Origin: Rhizodiscina lignyota
Lineage: Eukaryota
DNA: 46,647 bases
Assembly: GCA_010015805.1 (NCBI GenBank)
Contig: ML978135.1
Coordinates: 682,001-728,647 of the forward strand
Direction: 5' to 3'
Shown here: in pieces, positions 24,606 to 36,999 of the stretch
Layout of the letters: every line of letters starts with the position of its first letter
Numbering within the stretch: position 1 is the first letter of the stretch
Notes under the pieces: model-generated
Databases searched by the model: none
Told to the model about the DNA's origin: nothing
What the model saw: the letters and a program-made list of their open reading frames with translations, nothing else
Program-made: the position numbers and the translations under genes

Positions 24606-25001
24606 TCAACCCTGTAACGACTGGATCAGGGTGACGTTATCACCCTTGAGCAAGATTTGACCTAGAAGATGTCAGATAAACAACGTCCAATGGTGAAAGC
24701 GAACAGCTAACCCAATTCTTTCCTCCTCTCTCCTGGACTGTTCTTTGTAGGCACCTTGACCTCTACTGCGTCGTCGATAACCAAGTTCATGAACTCATCG
24801 AAGCCCTAATTGATATATCAGTCTTGAGTAGCCAAAGCAGAAACGTGCTGTACACACTCTGATCTTGCCCTCGATCCTCATTCCCAAATTCTCGTAGAGC
24901 CATATCACCACGGTCGAGTGCTGCTGAAGGAGTCGGAAGATGAAGTTGATAGGAGGAAGCAGGACCTTGCCTCTCTGGCCTCCACCACCGCGACCTGACA
25001 T
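24606..25001 (-). CDS. SME1: Small nuclear ribonucleoprotein SmE; exons 25001-24858, 24805-24712, 24661-24606
   Basis: PPINFIFRLLQ..IWLYE..IEGKIRGFDEFMNLVIDDA..LGQILLKGDNVTLI. Confidence 0.95.
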
Positions 25002-25437
25002 GACTGAAGCGTAGGTGTAGTGGTCGCGCAGGAATGGGACGTGTCGGGGAACGCGATCGATTGGCCGCGCACGGATTTGATTAGATTCGTAGACGTCCCT
25101 CCCTAGTTGAATCGCTCGTAGATGTTGGCGTCGTTTTAGGAATCGTGCTACGGACTGGTGTGGGAAGTCGTGTGGGTTGTGGCGCGTGCTTGTGAGGGTC
25201 TTTATGAAATTTTGCGGAGAGCTGGAGCTCCAAATACGGCCAAGGCTTGGCGCCTGCTCAAAGGCAGAGTGACGTTTCCGCACAACTTCCCCCTCTACAA
25301 ATTCACGTCGCAAACTAACAGCTTCAAGCTACCCTCCAACCTGTTCTCTTTCCCTTACCACTTTGCTCATGCCATAGTCTCTCTCTCCGTATTTCCTACA
25401 CTTCCCGTCTCTCACCCGTTGCGTTCTAATCTTGATA

Positions 25438-28400
25438 ATGGCAGCCAACGGCGCCGCAGCCCAGGCCTTTGCGCCTGTGTTGACGGCCGTTGACACCATG
25501 CAATCAAGTGCGGATCGCGAAAAGAAGCAGCTGGCCAATACATTCTTGGACAAGTTTCAGAAGACTGTGAGCTCTCAAAAGCACTCTTCGTGGGTTGCAC
25601 GTTGCTTACAAGCATTCTTAGTCGGAAGCATGGAATACCTCTTTCGCCATCTTGCAAGCCGACAACTCTGATGTGAATGCTCAGCAAAAGATGTTCGCGG
25701 CCGTCACACTGAAAGGCAAAGTTCGTCGTGGCTCTCGACGCTATATGGCTTTTGCGCTGACCTTTCAAGATCATTTACGACCTGCACCAACTTCCGCGCG
25801 ACTCGCTAACCACCCTTCGAAACACAATCATCTCTCTTCTGAATGCCTATCGCGCCGGTCCAAAGCCAATCCGAACGCAATTGTGTGTCTGCCTGGCAGA
25901 CTTGGCGATTCAGATGACCGAGTGGAAGGATGTGATGGATCTTGTCGTGAAGGCATTGGGGAGCAACCCGGAAAGCATACCATGTGTTCTGGAATTCCTC
26001 CATGTCCTGCCCGAAGAAGTCACGGAAGGACGCAAAATCAACCTCTCTGTATGTCCGGTCGAGCCAGCACCTCAGTATCCATATTTGTCTCCATGGGCAT
26101 CGACCATCCAGCTCCCGCTTGCGCCATCCAGAATCTGTATCTAATACTCTTACGTGCCTTTAGGAAGATGAATTGCTCGAGAGAACGCAAGAGCTTCTTA
26201 CGGATAATGCGCCTACAGTCCTCAGGCTTCTGGCGCAGTACTCACAGTCCTCACGTAAAGCAACGACTTTTCTCCCATTCCGATAGAATGCTCGCTTACT
26301 TCTTTTAGCTGCCGCAGCAAGGAATCCTCAGTTGCTCGAATGCATCACTTCATGGTCGCGCGAAGTTCAACTGAACGATATAGTGAACTCATCCCTCTTG
26401 GACACTATTATCAACGCGTTAGACGCGCCTGATGCATTCGATGCCGCTGTTGAGTGTCTCAGCACAATCATGAACGAGACAAGGGACGTAGACGAATGCA
26501 TGAGCACAATCCAGACACTGTACCCTCGCATCATCCAGTTGAGGCCCAAACTTGCCCAAGCAGCCGAGGAAGAAGACACGGAGACTTTCAGAGGATTCTC
26601 GAGAATATTCGCCGAAGCAGGTGAAGCCTGGGTCCTTCTTGTCTGCCGGATGCCGGTGCAGTTCCGTCCGCTGGTTGAAGGCATTTTGGAGACCGCTGCA
26701 AGAGACACAGAAAACGAAGCTATCAGGGAAACCTTCAAGTTTTGGTACGAGCTCAAGCAATATGTTACCTTGGAGAGATACATGGACGCTCGCTTGCAAT
26801 TCGCGGACATCTACTCGAAGCTTGTGGATGTGATGATTGGACACCTTGAGTATCCCACACCTGAAAGCGGCGACGAGAAGGATCTTTTCGAAGGCGATCG
26901 AGAGCAAGAAGAGCGATTCAGAGAATTCCGGCATCAGATGGGCGACGTTCTAAAAGACTGCTGCGAGGTTATTGGCGTCACGGAGTGTCTTCAGAAATCG
27001 TACAATCTCATCCAGGAATGGGTGAGCAAGTACGGTGCACAGTCTTCGTCGAACCACGTTGTGAATTGGCAGAAGCTTGAGGCGCCACTTTTCAGCTTAA
27101 GAGCGATGGGAATGATGGTGCCGAATGATGAGAACGCGATGCTACCACGGCTAATGGCTCTCATCGTTCAAATTCCAGATCAAGAAAAGGTGCGATTCCA
27201 GGCTGTCATGGCCCTTGGGCGATACACCGAGTGGACGGCAAATCACCCAGACACTCTGCAGCCTCAACTGCAGTACATCATGTCTGCGTTCGATCACCCG
27301 TCGAAAGAGGTGATTCGGGCCGCCGCACTTTCATTCAAGTTCTTCTGCAGTGACTGCGCAGACTTGCTCAAGGACTACAATACTCAGATCCAGCAGTTCT
27401 ACGTCACGCATCTCGACAAGTTGCCTCCAAGCAGCCAAGATGAGTTCACAGACGGTGTTGCAGCGGTATTAGCCAGGCAGCCCGTAGAGCATCTGTACGA
27501 GAGCATGAAGCTGTACTGTGACCCCGTCATGAATAGCCTCATGGCGCTAGCGCAGACCGCACAGAACTCTACAGGTGATGAGGCAAAGATTGCGCTCGCA
27601 GACCGACTTCAGCTCATCACAATCTTCATCCAGGTCGTCCGGCCGGAAGTACCTCCAGGCGCCCCTAATCCTGCGGTGAAATACTGTCAGGAGATCTTTC
27701 CTATCCTTGCCACGTTGGTGGATAACTTCATCGACTTCTCTCCAATCATCGAGCGCGTAACCCGCTGCTGGAGACATATGGTCCTGTCATACCGTACGGC
27801 TCTCGCCCCGTTGCTGCCTGATCTAGCTCGAAAGCTCGCGGACGGCTTCTCAGCATCTCGTCAAGGAGCGTTTCTGTGGGCTTCAGACAGCATCGTTCGC
27901 GAGTTCAGCGAAGTTGGTGACGGGGCCAACTCGGGCACCGACGTGGCCATTTTCCAGTTCTACGAGCAACAAGCGAGGACGTTCTTCGGGATCCTCAACA
28001 ACCTCCCTCCGGAACAGGTCCCTGATGGTAAGCTATAGCCCATGCTCCTAGACGCAATGACTAATATACCACTAGTCCTCGAAGACTTCTTCCGCCTCTC
28101 CACCGACATCCTCCTCTTCCAGCCCCAGCGCACCATCGTCTCCAACCTGCAGCCCCACGTCCTTGCCTCCGCCAACCAGGCTCTCACGCTCCTCAAAGTC
28201 GAGCCGTTGAGCGCAGCGCTCCACTACCTCCGCGACTTCCTCGCTTACGGCATGCCAGACTCTCCCTCTTCTACTTTCGAGCCCAACCAAGACCCCTCCC
28301 ACGCCGGCACCGCCAACCCGCCCGAGCTCCGCGCTGCGGTCAAGCAACTCCTCCTCCAGTTCGGTGAGGAGTTCACGCACCGCCTCATGGCGGGCATGAT

Positions 28401-28704
28401 GTACACCTTCCCGCGTGACGTCTTTCCCGATGCGTCGGGGGCCCTGCTCGCTATGTTCCAGCTGCTGCCCGCTGAGACCGCCACGTGGGTCAAGCAGACG
28501 GTCGAGCTGCTGCCCGCGGGCACGATCAGTCCGCAGGAGAAGGAGCGCCTCGCAGTCAACATTAAGCAGCGCATTGAGAATGGCGATATCCGCAAGATTA
28601 GAATCATGCTACAGGACTTTACGAATCAGTATCGTAGGAGGAATGTGGCGCCGCGCGAAGGGCTAGGTAGGCTCGAAGCGACGAGGTTTAGGTTCAGCGG
28701 TTGA
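25438..28704 (+). CDS. MTR10: Importin-beta family nuclear import receptor Mtr10/transportin-SR; exons 25438-25566, 25622-25720, 25770-26048, 26164-26254, 26309-28027, 28076-28704
   Basis: FAAVTLKGKIIYDL, LHVLPEEV, FREFRHQMGDVLKDCC, WQKLEAPLFSLRAMG, C-terminal YRRRNVAPR; five introns restore the frame. Confidence 0.92.
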
Positions 28705-29110
28705 GGTGGGGTTTCATTGCGTGGTCGGTGGTCGGTGCTGGTGTACGTGGTAGGCGATGGGTACTTGACGTTCGGACTGCATGAAGACGGAGCTGCATGG
28801 AAGCGGATTTTGCAATGACTGTTTCTACGGCGGCGTTTCTGATGTGAAAATTACAGTCGACAGAGATTGATTGATCGATGCATACCCCACGGGCGTACAG
28901 CTTTTGCTAGTTACAGCTACGGCTAGATATCTAACTTTAAATCAAGTTTGATTCTAACTAAATTCCCTGGTATCCTTGTGAGCACAGCAAATTTCAGCAA
29001 GCCATATCATACCGTGGCAAAAATCTATCGGGCTATCCCCTCGTTTCTGGTAGGTGGTGCATTGCATCGGAACATGATAAGATGTTAACCTCTGATGTGA
29101 GACCTCGACC

Positions 29111-32100
29111 TCACTCATCATCGCTGTCATTCTCGAAATACCGGCTTCTCGCACCAATCGTAGAGTTTCGTTTCGGAAGAGCTCGAGTGCTAGTCTTCGT
29201 AGGCTTGGGACCAACGTCGGACTTGCGGGCAGACGCTCTGGCTCGCTGCTTCTTAGTCGGCTCGCTCTCTCTTTCGGAGCGGTTCCGCTCAGCAAAGGAA
29301 GCTGCGGAGCCGAAGCCTTGATCTGTATTAGTCTCCACAATGTTGGAATCGGAACCGCAGTCAGCCTCGGAAGGTGTAGATAGCTCACTGGAGCTATCAA
29401 TCGCAGTGATTAGTTTGCTCAGTTTAGGCTTCATTCCGTTTACTCTCGACGTTGGCGTAGCCTTCGTTACTGCAGCCGCTGACCATTCCCCTTGACGATC
29501 GGATTTCTTGACAGCTCCATCGATGCCGGCTTCACGATCGTCCATGGCACCGTCAAGCATGATAATGTCCTTGGGTTCGGAGGACTCTCGTGCTGAAGCA
29601 CGATGTGTAGCCTGCAGAGACAGAGGAGCTTTTGAGTTCTGGTTCAGACTGTCATGCTCGTCTTCGGCATGATCAATAATGAAACCACCGCCTATATCGT
29701 GCTCGTCTTCATTGTCGGCATGCTTTTGTCGCAATGGACGGACCTCTTCGACGTCATAGCCTTCCGGGAAGAAACCACCTCCAGCTTCATCATTGTCATG
29801 ATCATGCAAGGCTTCGTCGCCGTGCTCAAGATGAGGTATCGCATGCTGGTCCTTCGTCGTTGCTTTCTTGCGCCCTTTCATCTCTTCGAGCTTCTTGTTG
29901 ACCCACGGATTGCTCTCGTCCTCAACCTTCTCACCCTTTCCATACTCGCCGTGCATCCTCTCCATGATCTTCAATCCTTGCAGGAACTTCTTCCACATCC
30001 CCAGCGCCACCTCCGACTTCTTCTTCTCTTCTCTCTCCCTAACCCTCACTTGCTCTGCACGCCAGGCATCTTTCACGAGGTCCTCGTTCTCTTCAGCCAC
30101 GACCACACCTGTCAAAACAGGTACAGCCCTCTGCTTGCCGAACTCAAAGCCAGTGCAGGCCTCAGCGAAGTCAATGCCGAGCTTTTTGCACAACTTTGCA
30201 GTACCCTTCAAAGGCACATGAACAGCACCGGCCGGGACCATACTCGAAACGTAAACATCGATATTTCCGAAACCATTCCTCGGGATCTTCCTATCCTCGC
30301 CAATGGGATCCGGAATGATCCAGTCAGTCTGGCTCTCGGAATACAGGCCCTGCGTCGGCTTCTCCCCAGTTTCTCTGTGGGCGTCCTCAACCTCGCGCTT
30401 CCGGATCAATGTGACTGCGCGAATTGGAACGAGCTTGAGTGGTTGTTCGCCATGCTTGACCTCACGACCATCTTTGTGCCATGACTCGACGGTCTTGCAA
30501 GTCACCACATCTGCTCGACGAAAGACAGGCTCTGTTGTAGCCTTCTCGCCTTTCCCGACAGTAAAATGGCGAACGGGCGCCGCATTTGGCAAGATGGCTT
30601 CTTCGCGACGGAGATGGCGCCCCAGAACGAATTCCGCCGAGTTTTTATATGCTTGCAGTGACTCTGGCTTCCCGCCAACTTTGCCATCACCATTATCGGC
30701 CCCAGTGTCCTTCGAAGCTGCGACGGGTTTCAGCTCGACCTCGTCCTCCATCTCTTCTGCTTCTGTACGGATCCTTGGGTCTTTTGCGTAGCCAGACATC
30801 ACTTGAGCGAACCAATCCCAATCAATGTACTTCTTGACCTTGCCATTTCTGCCATATATTGGCAGTTTCTCTTTCGCAACCCGCACTCCCTTCGTTTTGC
30901 CCGGCCATTGTTTTTTCTTCAGATATCGTACAGTTACGTCCTTCGCAGTGCCGTCTGCTGAAAAGCCGATGACATACGCAAGAACTTGTTTTGCTTTCTC
31001 GGCAGCTTTCCCACTGGGGGTGAAGGACGCAAGTAGGTCTGGAGAATTAGCAATGAGTGGAGAAGGGAGGCAAACAACCGGTATAAACGTCTTGGTCACG
31101 GGAGAGAAGACTTCGGTCCAGTAGGTCGGAAACGGCGATGCGTTCTGGGCCTTTATGGGTTTCTTCGACATCTTGGACGTTACGTCGATTATGGAAGGGC
31201 TAGTGGATATATCAGATGGCGCATCACTGAGTTCGTCGCTGCTAGACGTATCAAGCGATATTGCAGCTGCCTTCGTATTACCGCGCGTTGACTTTCGAGT
31301 TGGTGTGCTCTCAGGCTTTCGCGACTGCACCAGAGTTCTGACTTTGCGTTTGCCGACGCCCTTTGTGAAACCACCTTCCTCGTCTCTCTCTTCGACGGTC
31401 TCTTGCTGCACTGTCGATTCCTTCTTTTTGCGGGGGTTCCCATCCTCAGCCTTGCTGAAACCAAAGCCAACAGGCTGCAAGCTTGCCACCATCCTCGCCT
31501 CAAGTCCCACACCTCTCAACAAGGCTGTGAAAAGCTGAGCGCCGACATCTCTACTGCCTTCACACTTCTTGGCAGCAATTCGGAGTTCCTCCTTGCTCTT
31601 GATCTTCTCGCCGAACCGCTCTGCATCATCGCTGTCTTCCAGCCAGTCTTTGACCTCGGCCTGGAGTTCGGCGGGCGCCAGATAACCGCATTTCTGCAAA
31701 GAAGGCGCTGTAATACGGAATCTCTTGCGCCAGTACGCAGCAAGAAACTTCAGGAGTCGAATCGTGGGATCTCCATGACTGAGATCTGGCGTATCTGGCT
31801 CCAGCCTTTCTGCATCTGCACCCCAATCTCGGACGCGATCTCTCGTCTCTCGCTCAGTGATTGTGCTGCTCTTGTTCTTGGCTCTTTCTTTGCCTTTCGA
31901 CGACTTTGCCATAGGCTTCCCCGCAGACTTGCTTGGAGTGTCGGTCGTATCTTCGTCGGGAAGTTTGAGTCCGACAGCCTTTCTCCATCTCTCCACCTCT
32001 GCAATCAAGCCCTCACTGAGTTGTCCCACCAGAATGTTTTGGACCTCTGTATCTTGTAGCCAGCTATTCCGAATGCAATTGTGATACATCAAGAACTGGA

Positions 32101-32716
32101 CATGCACGCAGTGTGTAGTCAGCCGTATCTGCCTCTCGATTTTCGATGGGCCCTTCTTGCCAACCACTCCACGAGCGTCTGCGAAGGCGAGGTTGGTCGT
32201 CGATATTCCAGTACCAGGAGCTGGTAAAGTGATGGAGATGTCGTTGATTGGTGTGTCGGCGCCTTCGCCAGCCGAACGGGAGGCTGATGGAATGGCGTCC
32301 TCCCAGTCCATCTCGTCTTCGTCCTCGTCCTCGTCTGCACTTCCCTCCTCATCAGTACCTTGCTTGGCGTTCTTCTTATGGTTTTGTATTTGATGAGTGT
32401 GCGCAGATGCTCTTGCGATGCCCGGGACATCTTCAAAGTCTTCGTCGTCATCACTGTCCTCCTCCTCCTCCTCCTCTTCGTCCTCCCCACCTTTTTGTTC
32501 TTCCAGAAAACGCTTGTTCTCCTCTACGGTCCGCTTTGGCCTTTCCACGCCATCCACTGCATCGAACAATGATTGTTTCCCTTTTACGGCTTTACTTTGA
32601 GAGCTTGGTGTTTTCTTGCTCTTCGCGACGCGCTCGCGTTTCGCGGGTGGCGCGTGAGCAGGTGACTCGTCCATCTCATCGTTACGATGGCGCTTGCGCG
32701 GCACGTGGGGAGGCAT
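29111..32716 (-). CDS. RAD4: Rad4/XPC-family DNA damage recognition protein
   Basis: GSRDVGAQLFTALLR..ARMVASLQP transglutaminase-like region, AKDVTVRY, BHD motifs GLYSESQT, PRNGFGNID, TGFEF; intronless 1201 aa. Paralog identity not resolved. Confidence 0.9.
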   Translation of the reverse strand: MPPHVPRKRHRNDEMDESPAHAPPAKRERVAKSKKTPSSQSKAVKGKQSLFDAVDGVERPKRTVEENKRFLEEQKGGEDEEEEEEEDSDDDEDFEDVPGIARASAHTHQIQNHKKNAKQGTDEEGSADEDEDEDEMDWEDAIPSASRSAGEGADTPINDISITLPAPGTGISTTNLAFADARGVVGKKGPSKIERQIRLTTHCVHVQFLMYHNCIRNSWLQDTEVQNILVGQLSEGLIAEVERWRKAVGLKLPDEDTTDTPSKSAGKPMAKSSKGKERAKNKSSTITERETRDRVRDWGADAERLEPDTPDLSHGDPTIRLLKFLAAYWRKRFRITAPSLQKCGYLAPAELQAEVKDWLEDSDDAERFGEKIKSKEELRIAAKKCEGSRDVGAQLFTALLRGVGLEARMVASLQPVGFGFSKAEDGNPRKKKESTVQQETVEERDEEGGFTKGVGKRKVRTLVQSRKPESTPTRKSTRGNTKAAAISLDTSSSDELSDAPSDISTSPSIIDVTSKMSKKPIKAQNASPFPTYWTEVFSPVTKTFIPVVCLPSPLIANSPDLLASFTPSGKAAEKAKQVLAYVIGFSADGTAKDVTVRYLKKKQWPGKTKGVRVAKEKLPIYGRNGKVKKYIDWDWFAQVMSGYAKDPRIRTEAEEMEDEVELKPVAASKDTGADNGDGKVGGKPESLQAYKNSAEFVLGRHLRREEAILPNAAPVRHFTVGKGEKATTEPVFRRADVVTCKTVESWHKDGREVKHGEQPLKLVPIRAVTLIRKREVEDAHRETGEKPTQGLYSESQTDWIIPDPIGEDRKIPRNGFGNIDVYVSSMVPAGAVHVPLKGTAKLCKKLGIDFAEACTGFEFGKQRAVPVLTGVVVAEENEDLVKDAWRAEQVRVREREEKKKSEVALGMWKKFLQGLKIMERMHGEYGKGEKVEDESNPWVNKKLEEMKGRKKATTKDQHAIPHLEHGDEALHDHDNDEAGGGFFPEGYDVEEVRPLRQKHADNEDEHDIGGGFIIDHAEDEHDSLNQNSKAPLSLQATHRASARESSEPKDIIMLDGAMDDREAGIDGAVKKSDRQGEWSAAAVTKATPTSRVNGMKPKLSKLITAIDSSSELSTPSEADCGSDSNIVETNTDQGFGSAASFAERNRSERESEPTKKQRARASARKSDVGPKPTKTSTRALPKRNSTIGARSRYFENDSDDE

Positions 32717-32989
32717 GGTGCTTGAACTTCACCATGAGGGTCGGTCGAGGTGATGCGAAAGGCTATAGGCACATCTTGATTGGGTGGAAGAGTATTGTCC
32801 TTCTTGGGAAGTTCGAGTGGCTCCAGAAAATGTCGTCACGAGTGCCAAGGCCGGATCTGAGGAAGGAACGGTTCGCATCTCTGGATCGTGGACTAGGCCT
32901 CTTCAAAGCACCATGCGGCCTGAAAAGGTCCATTCATTTCTGAATCAGCGGTAGGAGATTTCCCAGTACGAGCTTCACTCCACGTGTCA

Positions 32990-33482
32990 GCCTTGATTCT
33001 CGTTTCTGTAGCACCGTCCAGTCCCTGCATGGTTATCCGTCGCTCCACCCAGAGCCTCTTCCAATCTTAGCTGGCCTCTCTTTCCGTTCCGGGGTCCTTC
33101 ACAAGAATTTCAGTTTTCTCGAAGCATTTGAAGTAGCTCTATTGGTCCCACTCGTACTTCAAAGGACCTTGCCGGCACTTGACAAAGTCGTTGAAGTACG
33201 CCAAGTCGCTTGTGCTGCAGTATGGCTTTCAGCAGCCATTCACAGTACGTAAGCAGGGACGCCATCCTCTGAGTAAGCCTCATACTGTATCCCGTATGTG
33301 GAGACAACGAAACATCTACGGCGAGCCTTAAGCCACTTTTGAAGAGGACTGCCGGAGTTCGGCAAGTTGCCACGACCGCTCCACGGCTGTTCGTCCCATC
33401 TCAGCTAAGTGCAGAATGGCTGACAGATGCTTACCTTGCTCCAATAGCTCTCTACACGACTTTCCAGCTTAACGTCCAACAT
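32990..33482 (-). pseudogene. Putative spliced gene relic or small ORF; exons 33482-33435, 33386-33286, 33214-33139
   Basis: Two intron-like elements (GTAAGC..CTGAG..CAG; GTATGA..CTGAA..CAG) splice into one frame; protein-like sequence continues past TAG and TAA stops. Confidence 0.3.
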
Positions 33483-33660
33483 GTTCGCTGCACACCCTTC
33501 GCCCTTCTCCAATTGCAGGTGACTCTTGCGTGCTAGGGGTGTCTACTATCAAGTCGAACACCTTCATGTGCTGTATAACTCAAATGACTTCCTAAAATCG
33601 AGAGCGCGCTTGTTATATCAAATGATATTGTAGTCGAAACCAAGCGCATCGTCTGTACTG

Positions 33661-34871
33661 ATGAATGCTGCCTCCAACGGGACACTATCTGAGCCCAACA
33701 GTGGGAACATGGGGGACAGCTACGATATATATGGTGCAGACCGCACTATACCTCGTTCTATGACTGCCTTTACTGCGATAGCTTGGTACAACGCTGTCGA
33801 AGTCTTGGTACTCATCTTCTTCGTCTTCAAGAGGTACTCGGGACTCTACTTTTGGAGTCTGCTCATCACCACTCTGGCTGTGGTACCCTACGCAACTGGT
33901 GAGAGCTGGCAGAGCACTTGCTGTACAATTTTTTAGAACTAATTCGCTCCCTAGGAGAATGGATGAAGTACAACAATGTATCCCACGACGACCCTCTGAC
34001 GAAAGCACTCTTGACGATCGGATGGGTTATTATGGTGCCGGGCCAGTCCATGATACTCTACTCTCGCCTGCACCTCGTCTCGCCAAACCCTAAGCTCTTG
34101 CGTTTCACATTGTGGCTTGTTATCGTCAATTCTATTCTCCTTTGCTCCCCAACGGCCGTCCTCAACCTATGCTCACGCTCGTTTCCCGGGAATAGATGTA
34201 CTCACGGCTATGGCATCATGGGAAGGATTCAAATCACCTTCTTCACCGTCCAAGAACTCTTCATCTCTGGCGTCTATTTCTGGGGAATTCGAAGAATACT
34301 GAAGGTCACTTTCGATGAGTACACGCGCAATTTCATGTGGTCGCTGGTGGCCATGAACATTCTTATCATCATCTTGGATATCACTCTGATGGTCATTGAA
34401 TTCCTCGATCTCTACGTGATCGCAACGACTTTCAAGAGTATGGTCTACAGTGTCAAGCTCATGGTGGAATTTTGCGTGTTGAGCCAGTTGGGGAACATAA
34501 TTAAGGGCCGGAATGTCGAGGACAATCTCAGCTTGGCCGTCCCTGTGAAGGTTCCTTCGATGGATCCAGAGAAACGAGGCTCACCAGATCCGGGCCTCTC
34601 GACGCCGGCAAAGTCCAGGAACAACAGCAACCCGTCCTCGGAATCCACAAAATGCGACCTGGGATCGCACGGCATGCAACAGAACCTGCCGCTTGAATGG
34701 CGCATGAGCATCGGCCATGGAGAGGCGTGCCTGCCAGATCTCATTGAAATTCAACGTATCGGTGCACCCTCAATGCACAGCTCCGCATTAACTGATAATC
34801 TCTATCCTGGAAAACTCCACGGAACCTCAACGTACTCAACGGGCCCTAGTCCCAGACAGTTCCAACCTTGA
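33661..34871 (+). CDS. Fungal multi-pass membrane protein (DUF7703-like); intron 33899-33954
   Basis: AWYNAVE..FKRYSGLYFWSLL, GQSMILYSRLHLV, QELFISGVY, YSVKLMVEF motifs. Confidence 0.82.
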
Positions 34872-35156
34872 CCGTATTTGGGGGTTTGGCATAGATTTCC
34901 ACACCAGAAAGAGTCGGGCGAGTGGATGGCGGGATGGTTATGAGCACTTCCGCCTGCTGGAAAATCGACTGTTCTAATACCACGGAACTTGTTGTCCACA
35001 TGAGCACAATCTGGAGGATTGGGTATCCCGCCACAGTGCGGTTGGTGCAGGAGAGAAGCACAAGCATAGTGCATACATCGCCTGCTCGATTCCGGCTTTG
35101 GCTCAGTGGGAGCTGATTTGGCATAGAATCCGAGGTGGAAGGGTTTCAAAGCACGA

Positions 35157-36419
35157 TCACGCATCAGTCTCCTTATACTCGTACCATTCCTTTCCGCCCC
35201 AGAACTTTTGACCTCCCCGATAAGAGTGCTCGATCTTCTCTTTCGCCAAAACCGCCATCCTTCCTTCGAATTCTCTGAGATGCTTGGAATCGAATCCTCG
35301 ACTGATGGTAAAGGCCAGATCTACAGCATTTCGAATCGCAGTATCGCCTCCTGCGCCGCCTTCAGAAAATTTGTTAGCGAATTCATATACCCCTAGATCG
35401 AGTCGAGTTCAAGGCGTACCCATAGGACTCATTGCATGCGCCGCATCGCCGATGAGGGTGACGGGAGTTTCCGGTTTAGAAGATAATTCGATATCGGGCT
35501 TGCTGGATAGCACTGGCACGCAGGCGGAGCGGTCGTGAGAAGCAGAGTCGAGCAGACTCCTCAGTCTCGGATGCCACTTCTCTGCAACGTTGTTCAGAAA
35601 GGAATGCTTCTCCTCCGTGGACTTGGGAGCGTCTTTAACGGGCGCTGTAGCGATAGCGAAGTATATGTAGTCCGCGAAATCTGGCAGCCTGCCATCTGAC
35701 ACTTGATGCACGCTTTCAGGCCAGATCATGGGATCGAAAATTGCCTGAACATTTGCTTCCTTGTCAATAGCCATGAACCAAGTCAATACATCTTTCAACA
35801 CATCTTCGGGAAGCTGCTCTCGTAGCTCTGGTGTTAGCGGCGTCCGTCCCCATGTAATTTGACGCTCCAGATCCAGCAGCCTCCGATTTGGCTGAAGCTG
35901 CTTTCTCACGCGGCTTTTCAGACCGTCTGCACCTACGAGGAGCGATCCAGATACGGAAGAGGCATCCGAGAATAAGACTCTGACCTCATCATCGTGCACT
36001 TCGTAAGACGCGAACGCCTTCTCGTACTCGATCGCATCCTCAATGCCCAAGGTGAGCAAGTACCGAATCCACGCTCGATCAACCGGCGTCGAATATGGAG
36101 GGGGGTTCTCAGCGCACGGAGGGAACTCGAACTTCTGAGAGTCTACGTAGCGCGGAGACCAAATCGTCTTCTCGGAGCGTGTGCGGACTAAGAGGTCTTT
36201 TAATTGCTCCGAGAGGATGCTGTTGAGCGCGTCCACGCCATCTTGGCTGATGCGGAAGCGATGCCCTTGCGAGGTATGGGACTTTGGATGTCTCTCGAAG
36301 AGACGGAATGGGATATTGTGGCGTCGGAGGCCTTGCGCGAGAGCAAGGCCGGATACACCAGCGCCGATGATGAGGACTGGGAGTTTGGAGTTTGGTAGAG
36401 ACGTGCCATTCTGAGCCAT
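35157..36419 (-). CDS. FAD-dependent monooxygenase; exons 36419-35420, 35359-35157
   Basis: IIGAGVSGL, LVGADG, LIGDAAHAMSPMG|GAGGDTAIRN after removing a 60-nt intron (GTACGC..CTAAC..AAG). Confidence 0.9.
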
Positions 36420-36999
36420 TCTGGTCGAATTGAGTCTAATCCACAGCCTTTGCATGGGCTTTGGAGAACGTGTGGAAATTAAAAAGAAAAAGTAATTAGA
36501 GGCACTCTTTAAGACCGGAGTATCCAACGGAGACAGTGATTACCTCTTTCCACAGGGAATTGGGAGGTGTAAGCGCTAAGAGACGTACCCACATGTCGGT
36601 GCAATGCTCCCAGCGTATGGTTGGCGAACTCACCCAGAAAGTCTCCGATTTATCGAACTGGCGAGGGATAAAATAGTTTGCCGCCAGCAGGGCTGTAAGC
36701 TCTTACACCTCACAGTAATCAAGACTATCTCTTGAAGCTCAGCTGTATATCCTCTGGAACGTACTAAACAATAGCAAGCTATTGAGAGATCAGTATCTTA
36801 CGTTATTCACAGAAGCTAACACTGATGCTGTTCAATGTTTTGAAAGCCGCATTTTGTCACACTTTCGGGCAGGAAGGGCTCACGAGTAAATCACGAAGCC
36901 GGGAATTCGAGTATAGGCATGGAAGTTCAAAATTAAAAGAAGAGATCTAACGCCGGTATTGAAAGTCTATAATAATACAAACGCTTGGGAACACCTAAT

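Noticed and set aside
29654..32943. Long antisense ORFs over RAD4 (similar ones overlap other genes)
   Set aside because: Shadow frames caused by codon bias
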